DNA of 64,000 nt from Holophagales bacterium (GTDB lineage: Bacteria; Acidobacteriota; Thermoanaerobaculia; UBA5066). The stretch is taken from the NCBI GenBank assembly GCA_016719485.1, contig JADJZB010000006.1, positions 27,375 to 91,374 on the forward strand. The letters run 5' to 3'. The translations under genes were made by a program, and so were the position numbers. Of this stretch, positions 31,026-41,500 are shown piece by piece. Within the stretch, counting starts at the first letter, position 1, and each line of letters opens with the position of its first letter. The notes beneath the pieces were generated by a model. It ran no database searches, was not told the origin of the DNA, and saw only the letters and a list, made by a program, of their open reading frames with translations.

Positions 31026-32306
31026 TCAAGAAGTCTCCCCGATCCCGAGGAGAGCGAGCTGGGAGGGCTTCGCGCGGGCCTGCGGCCGAGCCTCGCGGGC
31101 TCTCTCCCAGGCCGCAGCCGGCTCGATCCCGCTCCGCGCCAGGACCGCGCTGGCCACGAGGACGCTCCGCTGGAGGCCCATGGCGCAGTGGATCAGAACG
31201 GGTCCTGCCGACCAGGCTGCCGAGGCTGCCGCGACGGCCCGATCCCACTCGTCGGGCGACGGAGTGGCGAGGTCGAGGAGCGGGGCTCGGACCCGGACGA
31301 CTCCTTCGCCCGGACCGGGAGCCAGGATCTCCGGGGCGAGGTTCACCACGGTCTTCACGCCCAGTTCCGCCGCCTCGCGTGCGCGGGGTGCGCGTCCGAC
31401 CGAGAGCCCCGGAGCGAGCTCGGCGAAGGCGGGAAGGCCCCGCGTCTGCAGCCGTGCGGAAAGGGTTGCCGCGAGCCGCACGGGGAGCATGAGGGCGCGC
31501 CAGTGCCACGGCGCTTCCGTCGGGCCGAAGACCCCCGGCCCGAAGCCGAGGTATCCGGCCGCCACCAGCGTCAGGGCGAGCCCGGGCCAGGCCAGGAGCC
31601 ACCCGAAGCCTCCCTGCCACGCCGCGATGACGAAGGCGGCGAGGCCCCCGAGCAGGTAGGAGAGGCCGATGACGGACTCTCGCCGGTCGGGCCTCAGGAT
31701 CCGGAGCCGCAGCGGTATCGCGCAGAGGCAGACGACGCCGGCCGCGACGCCGGTCACCACGTCCACCGCGTGGTGCTGCCAGGTGGTGAGGACCGAGAGG
31801 CCGACGAGGAGACTCCAGCCGTGAACCGCCCACCGCCACGGTCCGTGGACCTTCCCCGCGTAGAAGGTCCAGAGAACGAGGAGCAGCGAGACGTGCAGCG
31901 ACGGGGCCTGGTTGAACGGCAGGTCGAAGGACGAGAGCAGGGCGAAGAGGGCCCCGGGCAGGCCGTCCGCGGCCGGCCTCTCGAAGCTGAAACGGAGCGG
32001 AAAGGCGAGAAAGCCGGCCAGGGAGACGACTGAGGCAAGGACGAGGCGCGCGACGTGGACGCGGAGCTCGCGCCGGGTCGCGCACAGGAGGACGGACGCG
32101 GCGTAGGCGAGGTCGATGCTCCAGTACGGGACGATGGTCCAGGGCAGGAACGGGATGTGGCGCTCCCAGGCCCAGACCACGATTCCCACGTCCGTCCGGG
32201 TCGCCGTGAAGGCGTTGGCCCAGCCGTAGGTCCCGAAGAAGAAGACCCCGAGGAACGCGAGCCACAGTGCGGCCTCTACCCGGGGGCGGCGTTCGGCTCC
32301 CGTCAT
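31026..32306 (-). CDS. PAP2 (type-2 phosphatidic acid phosphatase) membrane domain fused to dual-specificity/tyrosine-phosphatase-like domain
   Basis: PAP2 motifs KxxxxxxRP-like, PSLHVS, HHAVDV in multi-TM N-half; C-half VLIHCAMGLQRS = CX5R P-loop; ATG 32306 overlaps upstream stop (ATGA). Confidence 0.7.
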   Translation of the reverse strand: MTGAERRPRVEAALWLAFLGVFFFGTYGWANAFTATRTDVGIVVWAWERHIPFLPWTIVPYWSIDLAYAASVLLCATRRELRVHVARLVLASVVSLAGFLAFPLRFSFERPAADGLPGALFALLSSFDLPFNQAPSLHVSLLLVLWTFYAGKVHGPWRWAVHGWSLLVGLSVLTTWQHHAVDVVTGVAAGVVCLCAIPLRLRILRPDRRESVIGLSYLLGGLAAFVIAAWQGGFGWLLAWPGLALTLVAAGYLGFGPGVFGPTEAPWHWRALMLPVRLAATLSARLQTRGLPAFAELAPGLSVGRAPRAREAAELGVKTVVNLAPEILAPGPGEGVVRVRAPLLDLATPSPDEWDRAVAAASAAWSAGPVLIHCAMGLQRSVLVASAVLARSGIEPAAAWERAREARPQARAKPSQLALLGIGETS

Positions 32307-34075
32307 GCGGCGCGCCGGGCGAGGGAGACGGTGAAGAGGCCCGCCTCGTCGACCCGCTGGTCCGCCTTCTCGAAGCCGGCTTCCTCCACCAGCTGGTCCA
32401 TCTCCCGCTGCGAGCGGCAGCGCATCACCCACGGTGCGCCGCCCCGGTGGCTCGTCAGGAGGCGCGCGATCATCTCGAGCTGGGGATGCCACGGCTGGTT
32501 CGTGTAGACGAGCCACCCGCCTGGCGCCATCGCGGCGGCGAGGCCGGAGAGGCTCCGGCGCACCCCGTCGTTTTCGGGGAACAGCTCGAAGAGGCCCGAG
32601 ACGACGGCCACGTCGGGGCGCGGCCTCACGTCGGCGAGAGAGTCGGGGTCAAAAGCGTCGCCCTGCTCGAACCTCACGCGGCCGTCGAGCCCTCGTTCGC
32701 GGATCCGCGCGCTTCCTTCCCGGACGTTCTCGGGAAGCAGGTCCCGGAGGAGCGCCGTCGCCTCGGGCACGCTCTCGAGGACGTCCAGCAGGTATCGCCC
32801 GTGTCCCGCGGCCGGGTCGAGGAGGTGCGGCGCCCGGCCCGTGGCCGCCACCCGCTCGCACGCGAGGCGGATCAGCTCGCCGAGCTGGCGCCTCCTCACC
32901 CGGACGCCGCGCCACCCGGGAGCGTCGAGGTAGACGCGGTCCACGAGCCGCCCCACGCCGATCCGCCCGGCGGCCTCGTCACCGTAGACGTGGTCGAGGC
33001 TCGCGCCCGAGTCGAAGCCGGTCCGGCAGCCGAGGTCGATCCCGTGCGACAGGCGGCCCAGCGTCCGGAGCCCGACGCGCTGCGCGTTCCAGAGGAAGCC
33101 CATCGGGGAAAGCGACGGCAGGGGGCGCGACAGCCGGCGCCAGGTCTCGAAGGAGGGCCCCGACCGGTCCTCCGCGGTCCGGTCAGGGTCCTCGAGCGGC
33201 GCCTGGAAGATCCGGTCGAGGAAGCCCCGCAAAGGGGTCAGGGCACGGGAGCGTTCCTTCTCGCCCAGCGTGTCGTGAAAGAAGTCCCGCAGGACGATGC
33301 ATTCCTTCGTCGCCGCGCCGAGCCGCTCGAAGAAGCGGAGCTGCGGCGCGCGGCGCACGACCCAGTCCTTGCCGGAGACGAGGAGCAGCGTCGGGGTGCG
33401 GATCGCCTGGGCGTCTGCCACGAGCCGGTCGCCCGCCTCGAGGAGGCCGAGGAGGATGTCCCCCGAGATGACGCGGGAGACGAGCGGGTCCGTTTCGTAC
33501 GAGGCGACCCGCTCCGGGTCGTGCGTGAGGACGTTCCCTTTGACGTAGGACGTCACGGCGAAGTTGCCCCTGAGGCGCCGCAGGAGCGAGAGCCCCGGTC
33601 GTGCGAACGGGACGTAGAGCTTCACCGAGAAGGCCGGCGTCGCCAGGACGAGGCCGCGGATGCGGGGGGCGTAGTCGTGCACCCACGCGGCCGCGAGGAC
33701 GGCGCCGACGCTCTGGGCCACGAGGGCGACGTCCTCTCGCCCGTGCGCGTGCCGGGCGCAGAGGTGGTCGACGAAGGTCCCCACGTCGCGGATCGAGGTG
33801 CCGAAGCTCGGGCTGTGTCCCCGCTCGCCGGGCGACAGGCCGTGCCCGCGCGCGTCCCAGGCGTAGACGTCCACGCCGGGGAGCTCGAGCTCGTCCACGA
33901 GGTGCTGCAGGCGGCCCGAGTGCTCGTGACCGCGGTGAAGGAGCACGAGGGCGGGCCGGGCGGGCCAGCCCTCGGGGGCCGATCCGCGCGCGGGCCAGTG
34001 CCGGTAGACAAGCTCGACGCCGTCGTGGGTGGGAAAGGTCAGGAGCGCGGCGTCCCGCGTCACGGACCACCCCAC
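32303..34075 (-). CDS. bifunctional alpha/beta hydrolase (lysophospholipase-like) / class I SAM-dependent methyltransferase
   Basis: N-half HRGHEHSGR...AQSVGAVLAAAW (GxSxG nucleophile elbow) alpha/beta hydrolase; C-half LLDPAAGHGRYLLDV (motif I) ...VVSGLFELF methyltransferase fold. Confidence 0.75.
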   Translation of the reverse strand: MGWSVTRDAALLTFPTHDGVELVYRHWPARGSAPEGWPARPALVLLHRGHEHSGRLQHLVDELELPGVDVYAWDARGHGLSPGERGHSPSFGTSIRDVGTFVDHLCARHAHGREDVALVAQSVGAVLAAAWVHDYAPRIRGLVLATPAFSVKLYVPFARPGLSLLRRLRGNFAVTSYVKGNVLTHDPERVASYETDPLVSRVISGDILLGLLEAGDRLVADAQAIRTPTLLLVSGKDWVVRRAPQLRFFERLGAATKECIVLRDFFHDTLGEKERSRALTPLRGFLDRIFQAPLEDPDRTAEDRSGPSFETWRRLSRPLPSLSPMGFLWNAQRVGLRTLGRLSHGIDLGCRTGFDSGASLDHVYGDEAAGRIGVGRLVDRVYLDAPGWRGVRVRRRQLGELIRLACERVAATGRAPHLLDPAAGHGRYLLDVLESVPEATALLRDLLPENVREGSARIRERGLDGRVRFEQGDAFDPDSLADVRPRPDVAVVSGLFELFPENDGVRRSLSGLAAAMAPGGWLVYTNQPWHPQLEMIARLLTSHRGGAPWVMRCRSQREMDQLVEEAGFEKADQRVDEAGLFTVSLARRAA

Positions 34076-34202
34076 GGAGCAATGTCATGCATGAAAGCGA
34101 GGCATTGTAGCGTCCGATCGCCGGACGCCGCCGGCTTCCTTGACGGTCCCCCCTCGCCGCTCGAAAATCCGGCTGCTGCCCACGACACGAAAGGATGTCC
34201 TC

Positions 34203-34616
34203 ATGAGCTACACGGACCTCGTCCAGATGTACTTCGAGCGGTCCAACGGCCTGCAGTGGCTCTGGACGCTCTACGTCGTCATCGCCGGCGGCCTCCTGGC
34301 CTTCTCGTCGATGCGCAAGCAGCGGGACGTCGCCACCACGTCGCTCATCACCGTCCTGTTCTGCATCTTCGCGTACAAGAACCTCGGCGGCCTGAAGGAC
34401 ATCACGATGCAGCGGTTCGCGGTCCTCGACGCGTTGAAGGCCGTTGCCGCCGACTCCGGAGCGAGCGGCGCCGCGCGGCTCATCGAGCCCACCCTGGTTC
34501 CACCCCCCTGGGAAGAGGGGCGGAACACCCACGTCGTCAGCGACGTCCTCCTCGTCGCGGCCCTCTGGGCCATGGAGCTGCGGAGGAAGAGGCAGTCCAT
34601 GGAGACCTCGTCGTAG
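34203..34616 (+). CDS. hypothetical small membrane protein
   Basis: MSYTDLVQMYFERSNGLQWLWTLYVVIAGGLLAFSSM... two predicted TM helices; divergent from lipid operon. Confidence 0.35.
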   Translation: MSYTDLVQMYFERSNGLQWLWTLYVVIAGGLLAFSSMRKQRDVATTSLITVLFCIFAYKNLGGLKDITMQRFAVLDALKAVAADSGASGAARLIEPTLVPPPWEEGRNTHVVSDVLLVAALWAMELRRKRQSMETSS

Positions 34617-34774
34617 GACCGGCGCCCAGCCCTTGGCGGCGTCGTAGGGAGACCTCGAGCGCACCGAGCCTGCGGCGCCCGCCGGTCAGGGAGGGCAGGG
34701 GACCCTGGGTGGAGGTGCTGCCGGCAGAGGGCTGCGCTCCTGTGGCGGCCCTGTCTCGAGTCCCGCTGCGCCGA

Positions 34775-35545
<771 letters not shown>

Positions 35546-35574
35546 TCACTTCATCCCTGCTCGCAGCCGTGATG

Positions 35575-36693
35575 TCACTTCAGGTTCGTGCCGAAGAACA
35601 CTGTGATCTTGTCGAACGGAATCACGTCCATCCGGTCGTAGAGATCAGTGTGGCTGGCGTCCGGGATGATCATGAGCTCCTTCGGCTCCGCCGCAGCCGC
35701 GTAGGCGGTTTCGCTGAAATAGCGCGAGTGGGCCTTTTCGCCGTGGATGAACAGAACCGGGCGCGGCGAAATCTCCGCGATGTAGGTCAAGAGCGGCATG
35801 TTCATGAACGACAGCGGGGTCGTGAGCGTCCACGAGCCGTGCGAGTTCACCGCCCGCGGATGGAAGCCCCGCGGCGTCCTGTAGTAGTCGTGATAGTCCA
35901 CCAGGAACTGCGCTTCGCCGCCTTTCAGCTCGTTGGAGACCGGGCCATACGCCGGAGCTCCCTTTTCCGCATCCTGCCAACGCTGCCGGCCCAGCTGCTC
36001 CAGTGCTTGCGTGCGCTGTTCGAGGGTCACACTGTCGTTGTAGCCCCTGGACATGACGCGCGTCATGTCGTACATGGTGCTGACCACGACCGCCTTCACG
36101 CGCTTGTCCACGGCGGCTGCATTCAATGCCATGCCACCCCAGCCGCAAATGCCGATGATGCCAATGCGCCCGCGGTCCACATTGGGTTGCAGGCCGAGAA
36201 AGTCCACGGCGGCACTGAAATCCTCCGTGTTGATGTCTGGTGAGGCCACATTCCGCGGTTCACCACCACTTTCCCCCGTGTAGGACGGATCGAAAGCCAG
36301 CGTGACGAATCCGCGTTCCGCCATGGTCTGCGCATAAAGGCCCGACGACTGTTCCTTGACCGCGCCGAAGGGGCCACCAACGGCAATCGCTGCAAGCTTG
36401 CCGCTGGTACTTTTCGGCTGGTACAGGTCAGCCGATAGGGTGATGCCGTAGCGGGTCTTGAAAGTGACTCTCTGATGGTCCACCTTCTCGTTTCTTGAAA
36501 AGGTCTTGTCCCACGTTGCGACTCGTGGCATGGCGGCCTCCTTGTTCGCGGCGTGGAGTGCCTGCCCCGAACCCGACTGGCAGGCCGCCAGCACTGTTGT
36601 GAAAGCGAGAGCCACGCTCAAAGCAAATCTGCCGCTCGGCAAGCTTCCTGGCGAAGCGTCCATCTGCGCGGCTTCTGGAATGGGTCGGTTCAT
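35575..36693 (-). CDS. alpha/beta hydrolase-fold lipoprotein (dienelactone hydrolase/CocE-like)
   Basis: lipobox LAAC after signal peptide; GICGWGG nucleophile elbow; region is visibly lower GC than flanks. Confidence 0.6.
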   Translation of the reverse strand: MNRPIPEAAQMDASPGSLPSGRFALSVALAFTTVLAACQSGSGQALHAANKEAAMPRVATWDKTFSRNEKVDHQRVTFKTRYGITLSADLYQPKSTSGKLAAIAVGGPFGAVKEQSSGLYAQTMAERGFVTLAFDPSYTGESGGEPRNVASPDINTEDFSAAVDFLGLQPNVDRGRIGIIGICGWGGMALNAAAVDKRVKAVVVSTMYDMTRVMSRGYNDSVTLEQRTQALEQLGRQRWQDAEKGAPAYGPVSNELKGGEAQFLVDYHDYYRTPRGFHPRAVNSHGSWTLTTPLSFMNMPLLTYIAEISPRPVLFIHGEKAHSRYFSETAYAAAAEPKELMIIPDASHTDLYDRMDVIPFDKITVFFGTNLK

Positions 36694-36727
36694 GGTCGGC
36701 TCCTTCTGTTCGATGCTCGGGTTCGAC

Positions 36728-37117
36728 TCATCTCAGCCTTCGGCGGACCGGCGACCTGCCGGTCTCCTCCTCGACGGGTTCGATCGTCACTCTCAGCGGC
36801 CCGGGGCGGTTCAGAACCTCGAGGCCGGAGTCGATTCGTCCCAGCTTGATCAGCCCGGCCGAATGGCGGAAGTCCTCGTAGAAGATGGCCAGATTCCCCC
36901 AGGGCGAGTAGTAGGTGAGATCCCCCACGACGGGATCGATGCCCGGGGGAGCACCTTCCGTGCTCAGCCTCCTGGGCAGATCGCTGATCTTCTCCGTGGC
37001 GGCATAGTCCGTGAGCGTCAGCTCGAGCGGGAGCTGGGAGGCGAAGTCCCGGGCCGTGTCGTTGTCGGCGAGGGTGGCCGCGATCGACCCGCCTTCGATG
37101 CTCATGCGGATCCTCAC
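36728..37117 (-). CDS. cyclophilin-like fold (DUF3830-type) protein
   Basis: ~125 aa, ATLADNDTARDFASQLPLELTLTDYAATEKI... pattern of cyclophilin-like small proteins. Confidence 0.45.
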   Translation of the reverse strand: MRIRMSIEGGSIAATLADNDTARDFASQLPLELTLTDYAATEKISDLPRRLSTEGAPPGIDPVVGDLTYYSPWGNLAIFYEDFRHSAGLIKLGRIDSGLEVLNRPGPLRVTIEPVEEETGRSPVRRRLR

Positions 37118-37132
37118 GGTCGTCGCGGGGCG

Positions 37133-38356
37133 TCAGGCCTTTGCCGACGCCAGGTCGATGACGAAGCGGTACCGCACGTCCTTCCGGACGACGCGATCGA
37201 AGGCCTGGCTGACCTGGTCGGGGCGGACGAGCTCGACGTCGGCCTTGATACCGCGGGCGGCGCAGTAGTCGATGACCTCCTGCGTCTCGGCGATCCCGCC
37301 GATCATCGATCCGGCGATGCTCTTGCGCGCGTACACGAGCTGGATCCCGCTGACACCCTGGATCTGCTCCATGGCCCCGACGTTGACGAGCGTGGCGTCG
37401 GCCTTGAGGAGGTCGACGAACGGCTGCATCGGGTAGGCCTTCGGCACGGTGGAGATGAGGAGGTCGAAGGTGTTCGCGAGCCGCTTCATCGCCGCCGCGT
37501 CGCTCCAGAGGACGGCCTGCCGGGCGCCCAGCCGCTCGGCGTCCCCCAGCTTGCCGGGGGTGGTGGTGAAAACGGTGACCTCGGCGTTGCGCGCGGCCGC
37601 GAGCTTCACCGCCATGTGACCCAGCCCGCCGAGCCCGATCACCCCCACGCGCTGCCCGCCGCCGAGCCTCCAGTGCTGCATCGGGGAGAAGGTGGTGATC
37701 CCGGCGCAGAGGAGCGGGGCCGTCGCCGCAAGGTCCGCGCCGGGCGGGATCCGGATGACGAAGTGCTCGGTGACGACGATCCTGTCGGAGTAGCCGCCGT
37801 AGGTGACCGGCGCAGCGCCGTGCGCGTCGGGCGAGTTGTAGGTGAAGGTGGCCGACCGGGCGCAGTTCTGCTCGCGGTCGGCGCGGCAGCCGTCGCACGT
37901 GCGGCAGGAATCGACGAGGCATCCGACGCCGCCGATGTCGCCCACCTTGAACTTCGTGACCTTCTTCCCGACGGCGCCGACCCGGCCGATGACCTCGTGG
38001 CCGGGGACGCACGGGTAGACCGTCGGCCCCCATTCGTGCCACTCGTCGCGCGCCTGGTGGATGTCGGAGTGACAGATGCCGCAATAGAGGACGTCGAGAA
38101 GCACGTCGTGCGGCCCGAGGGCGCGCCGGGCGATCTGCAGAGGCGCGATGGGGCTCGTGGCGCTCGTCGCACCCCAGGCCCGCGCGGAGGCGGGCCGATC
38201 GCCGGTGGGCGCTCCCGGCTGCGCAGCATCCAGCTTGCCGGCCACGCTTCCGACGAGGGGCGCCGCGACCAGGGCCGCACCCGCCTTCAGGACCTCGCGC
38301 CGGTCGTAGGCGCCGGCGCCCGCCTCATGGCTCGAATCTCCGCATCGATCGCACAT
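37133..38356 (-). CDS. zinc-dependent NAD(P) alcohol dehydrogenase (CAD/YahK-like) with twin-arginine signal peptide
   Basis: aaggag RBS + ATG 38356; TAT motif RREVLKAGAALVAAPLV; Zn ligands CGICHSD, GHEVIGRV, CxxCxxC (CRTCDGCRADREQNC), Rossmann GLGGLGHMAV. Confidence 0.8.
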   Translation of the reverse strand: MCDRCGDSSHEAGAGAYDRREVLKAGAALVAAPLVGSVAGKLDAAQPGAPTGDRPASARAWGATSATSPIAPLQIARRALGPHDVLLDVLYCGICHSDIHQARDEWHEWGPTVYPCVPGHEVIGRVGAVGKKVTKFKVGDIGGVGCLVDSCRTCDGCRADREQNCARSATFTYNSPDAHGAAPVTYGGYSDRIVVTEHFVIRIPPGADLAATAPLLCAGITTFSPMQHWRLGGGQRVGVIGLGGLGHMAVKLAAARNAEVTVFTTTPGKLGDAERLGARQAVLWSDAAAMKRLANTFDLLISTVPKAYPMQPFVDLLKADATLVNVGAMEQIQGVSGIQLVYARKSIAGSMIGGIAETQEVIDYCAARGIKADVELVRPDQVSQAFDRVVRKDVRYRFVIDLASAKA

Positions 38357-38443
38357 CTGAAGCTCCTTTCTGCTTTCCACGGGAAAAGGATAGGAACGTC
38401 GCGAGCGGTCGACAAGACGGCAAAGGCGGCATAGGCTGGTGAA

Positions 38444-39346
38444 GTGAGTGCACCAATAGCCCGTGACGAGCTCGCGGTCCTCGCCGCCTTCGCGGTGGTG
38501 GCCGAGGAGCTCAGCTTCACGAAGGCGGCCCACCGGCTCGGTCTCAGCCGGTCGGCCGTGAGCCACGCGATTCGGTCCCTCGAGGAGCGACTGGGCCTGA
38601 GACTCCTCGCCCGGACGACGCGCACGGTCGCGCCCACGGAGGCGGGCGAGCGTTTGCTGGCGCACGTGCGCCCCGCGCTCGAAGAGATCGAGGCCGCGCT
38701 CGCCGAGGCCGGCCGGCTGCGTGCGAGGCGGGCCGGCGTCGTCCGGCTGGTCGCGCCGCCGATGGCGATCGCGATGGCCCTCTGGCCGAAGGTCGCGAAG
38801 TTCGTTCGAGACAACCCCGAGGTGGTCCTCGACATCACGACCGAAGGAGAGAACCGCCCCGACCTCGTCGCAGGGCGTTTCGACGCCGGCATCCACCTCG
38901 GGGAGTTCGTCCAGAGGGACATGGTCGCCGTCCGGATCAGCGGGGAGCAGCGCGCGGCCGTCGTCGGCGCGCCGGCGTACTTCGACTCGCATCCCCGGCC
39001 GAAGACGCCGCGCGACCTGACGGCGCACAGCTGCATCTCCCACCGCCTGGGGGTCAGCGGCCCCGTCTACCGGTGGGAGTTCGAGAAGCGCGGCCGGCCC
39101 GTCGTCGTCTCCGTTTCAGGACCTCTCGTCGTCACCGACCCCGTGTTCACCCTGCGCGCCGCGCTCGACGGCCTGGGACTGGCCTACCTGCTCGAGGAGG
39201 ACGCCGCCGACCTCCTCGGGCGGGGCGACCTCGTGCGCGTGCTCGAGGACTGGTGTCCGCCGTTCGACGGTTACTTCCTCTACTACCCGAGCCGGCGCCA
39301 TCAGCCTCCGGCCCTTCAGGCGCTCGTCGAGGCGCTCCGCGTCTGA
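38444..39346 (+). CDS. LysR-family transcriptional regulator
   Basis: N-terminal HTH FAVVAEELSFTKAAHRLGLSRSAVSHAIRSLEERLG; LysR substrate-binding C-domain; divergent from ADH gene. Confidence 0.85.
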   Translation: MSAPIARDELAVLAAFAVVAEELSFTKAAHRLGLSRSAVSHAIRSLEERLGLRLLARTTRTVAPTEAGERLLAHVRPALEEIEAALAEAGRLRARRAGVVRLVAPPMAIAMALWPKVAKFVRDNPEVVLDITTEGENRPDLVAGRFDAGIHLGEFVQRDMVAVRISGEQRAAVVGAPAYFDSHPRPKTPRDLTAHSCISHRLGVSGPVYRWEFEKRGRPVVVSVSGPLVVTDPVFTLRAALDGLGLAYLLEEDAADLLGRGDLVRVLEDWCPPFDGYFLYYPSRRHQPPALQALVEALRV

Positions 39347-39379
39347 CCGGGACGGCCGACGTCTCGACCTGCCGCTTCG

Positions 39380-40339
39380 TCAGCGCGCCCGTCGTTCGTC
39401 GGAGAATGGAACGGGATCGCGGACCACCCGCTCCTTCGCCCGGAGGACGAGCACGGTGCCGCCGAGGACGAGGAGCATGCCGGCGACGGGCGCCGCCGAC
39501 CAGCGGTATCCCTCGAACGCGGTGGACGCCAGCATCGCGATCAGCGGAATCACGGCGGCGGTGTAGCCGGACCGCCCCGCGCCGATCCGCTTGAGGAGCG
39601 TGAGGAAGGCCATGAAGGCGACGACCGACCCGAAGAGCGCGAGGTAGGCGAGGGAGAGGACGTATCCAGGCCTCGCGTCAAACGCGAAGGGGATACCGGT
39701 CACCGCGCACCAGGCCAATACCGAGAGGGAGGCGTAGCCCATCGCGAACGCGATCGACGGGGCGACGGCCAGGCCGGTTGCGAAGAGCCGCTGCGAGTAG
39801 AGGTTCCCGGCCGAGGCGAAGAAGGTCGCGACGAGGGCGAGCCAGAGTCCGCCCGCCTGACCGGCGCCCCCACGGAGGCTCGTCACCTCCGGCCAGAAGA
39901 GGAGCGCGACGCCTGCCACGCCGATCACTGCGCCGAGGGCGACGGCCGGCGGCGTCGGCGTTCCGAAGAAGAGCCGGGCGCCGATCAGGTTCCAGAAGAC
40001 GAGGAAGGAGAAGACGACCGCCACGAGTCCGGAGGCGAGGTGCTGCTCGGCGCGGTAGACGAGGACGTAGTTCAGCCCGAAGAGGAGGAACCCGAGGAGC
40101 GCGAGGCGGGCGTGGTCGCGCGCCGTGAACCGGAGCGAGACGCCGCGCAGGAGGCACCACCCGACGAGGAGGAGAGAGGCGAGGGCGAACCGCCACGCCA
40201 CGGAGACCTCGGGAGCCACGACGCCAAGCTGGAACTTGATGGCGAGCCAGGTCGTTCCCCAGATGAACGAGGCGAGGAAGAAGAGGAAGACGTTGGACGA
40301 GGCGTCTGGCTTCGCCGGCGTCGCGGAGGGGTGGTCCAT
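39380..40339 (-). CDS. EamA/DMT-superfamily transporter
   Basis: 10 predicted TM helices in two EamA repeats. Confidence 0.7.
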   Translation of the reverse strand: MDHPSATPAKPDASSNVFLFFLASFIWGTTWLAIKFQLGVVAPEVSVAWRFALASLLLVGWCLLRGVSLRFTARDHARLALLGFLLFGLNYVLVYRAEQHLASGLVAVVFSFLVFWNLIGARLFFGTPTPPAVALGAVIGVAGVALLFWPEVTSLRGGAGQAGGLWLALVATFFASAGNLYSQRLFATGLAVAPSIAFAMGYASLSVLAWCAVTGIPFAFDARPGYVLSLAYLALFGSVVAFMAFLTLLKRIGAGRSGYTAAVIPLIAMLASTAFEGYRWSAAPVAGMLLVLGGTVLVLRAKERVVRDPVPFSDERRAR

Positions 40340-40383
40340 CCGTCGATTCTGCACCGCGCGGCGGTGGGGAACCGCGAGCAACG

Positions 40384-41448
40384 TTACGCCCGAGGACGCG
40401 ATCTATCCGCCGCTGGATCGTCGCGGACGTTTCGTTCGAATGCGTCTCGCCAGGCGACCGAGACGGTCATCGTGGGTGGCGCGGCGCGACGAAGGGCTTT
40501 CGCGCCGAGGAGCTCGGCGACGGCGGGGGAGGGCTCGCGCGAGAGGCGGAGCCGGACGAGAGACGCCGGGTCGAGGCGCGAGAGCGCGGCACGGAGGCGA
40601 GCCTCGAACGACGCGGCGTCGTCGTCCGGGTCGAGCTCGAGGTCGACCATCGGCCGGACCGGGAGCTCGCGAAACTCCCAGGTCGCGGTACCGCCACGGC
40701 CATCTCGTTCGAGCTCGAGGAGAAGCGTTCCCTTCGGCTCGTTCCGCTCGGCGAAGGAGGTCCGGTCCGTCGACCCGGCGAAGAGGACGGGCGAGGCGAG
40801 AGGGCGCGCTGCGAGGTCGTGGGTGAGGACCTGCGCGCGGTGGATGTGCCCGGAGAGGACGGCCGCAAAGCCCGCCGGGACGTCCCGGCCGCGAACGACG
40901 TCGGCCCCGTTGCGAAAGGTGAATCCGACCGGCCCGACCTTTGCCCCTTCGACGGCCTGGTGGAAGCAGAGGAGGCGGACGTCGGCCACGGCGTCCGCGT
41001 GCCCCGTAGCCGCGAGGAGTGCGGGAAAGCTCGTCCGCACGTCGGGAGCGAAAGGGAAACCGGAGAGCGCGAGGTCGAGGCCGTCCCGCCGGACGACGAA
41101 CGTCCTGGGGCGGTCGAAGGCGCGGATCCGCGGATGCGTCAGGAGCAGGCCGCGCGGCACTCCGGACCGCTCGTGGTTCCCGGGGACCCAGAAGACGTCC
41201 AACCCGAGATCGGCGAGCTGGGCGAGCCGCGAGAAGACTCTCTCCGCGAGCCAGGCCGGAATCCGGCTCCGGTAGAAGAGGTCGCCGCCGTGGACGACGA
41301 TGCCGGCCTCGCCGCTCAATGCCGGTGCGAGCGCCCGCTCGAAGCTCTCGAAGAGGTCGTCGCCGCGGCGGCGCCTTTCGACACGGGGCCGCGACGGAAG
41401 GTCGAGGCCGAGGTGCGTGTCGGAGAGGAAAAGGACCCGGACCGGCAT
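40384..41448 (-). CDS. calcineurin-like metallophosphoesterase (SbcD/Mre11-type DNA repair exonuclease-like)
   Basis: motifs LFLSDTHLG, VVHGGDLF, GNHE, GHIH typical of MPE superfamily. Confidence 0.7.
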   Translation of the reverse strand: MPVRVLFLSDTHLGLDLPSRPRVERRRRGDDLFESFERALAPALSGEAGIVVHGGDLFYRSRIPAWLAERVFSRLAQLADLGLDVFWVPGNHERSGVPRGLLLTHPRIRAFDRPRTFVVRRDGLDLALSGFPFAPDVRTSFPALLAATGHADAVADVRLLCFHQAVEGAKVGPVGFTFRNGADVVRGRDVPAGFAAVLSGHIHRAQVLTHDLAARPLASPVLFAGSTDRTSFAERNEPKGTLLLELERDGRGGTATWEFRELPVRPMVDLELDPDDDAASFEARLRAALSRLDPASLVRLRLSREPSPAVAELLGAKALRRAAPPTMTVSVAWRDAFERNVRDDPAADRSRPRA

Positions 41449-41500
41449 CGCGCCCGAGGCTACAGGACCCGCCTCGCCCGCGGGGCAGCGCGGGTCCGGA

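Noticed and set aside
30346-32265. 639-aa ORF spanning the plsC-like gene and upstream region
   Set aside because: Only the C-terminal 195 aa show acyltransferase motifs; the rest overlaps the PAP2/DSP gene in another frame and is low-complexity
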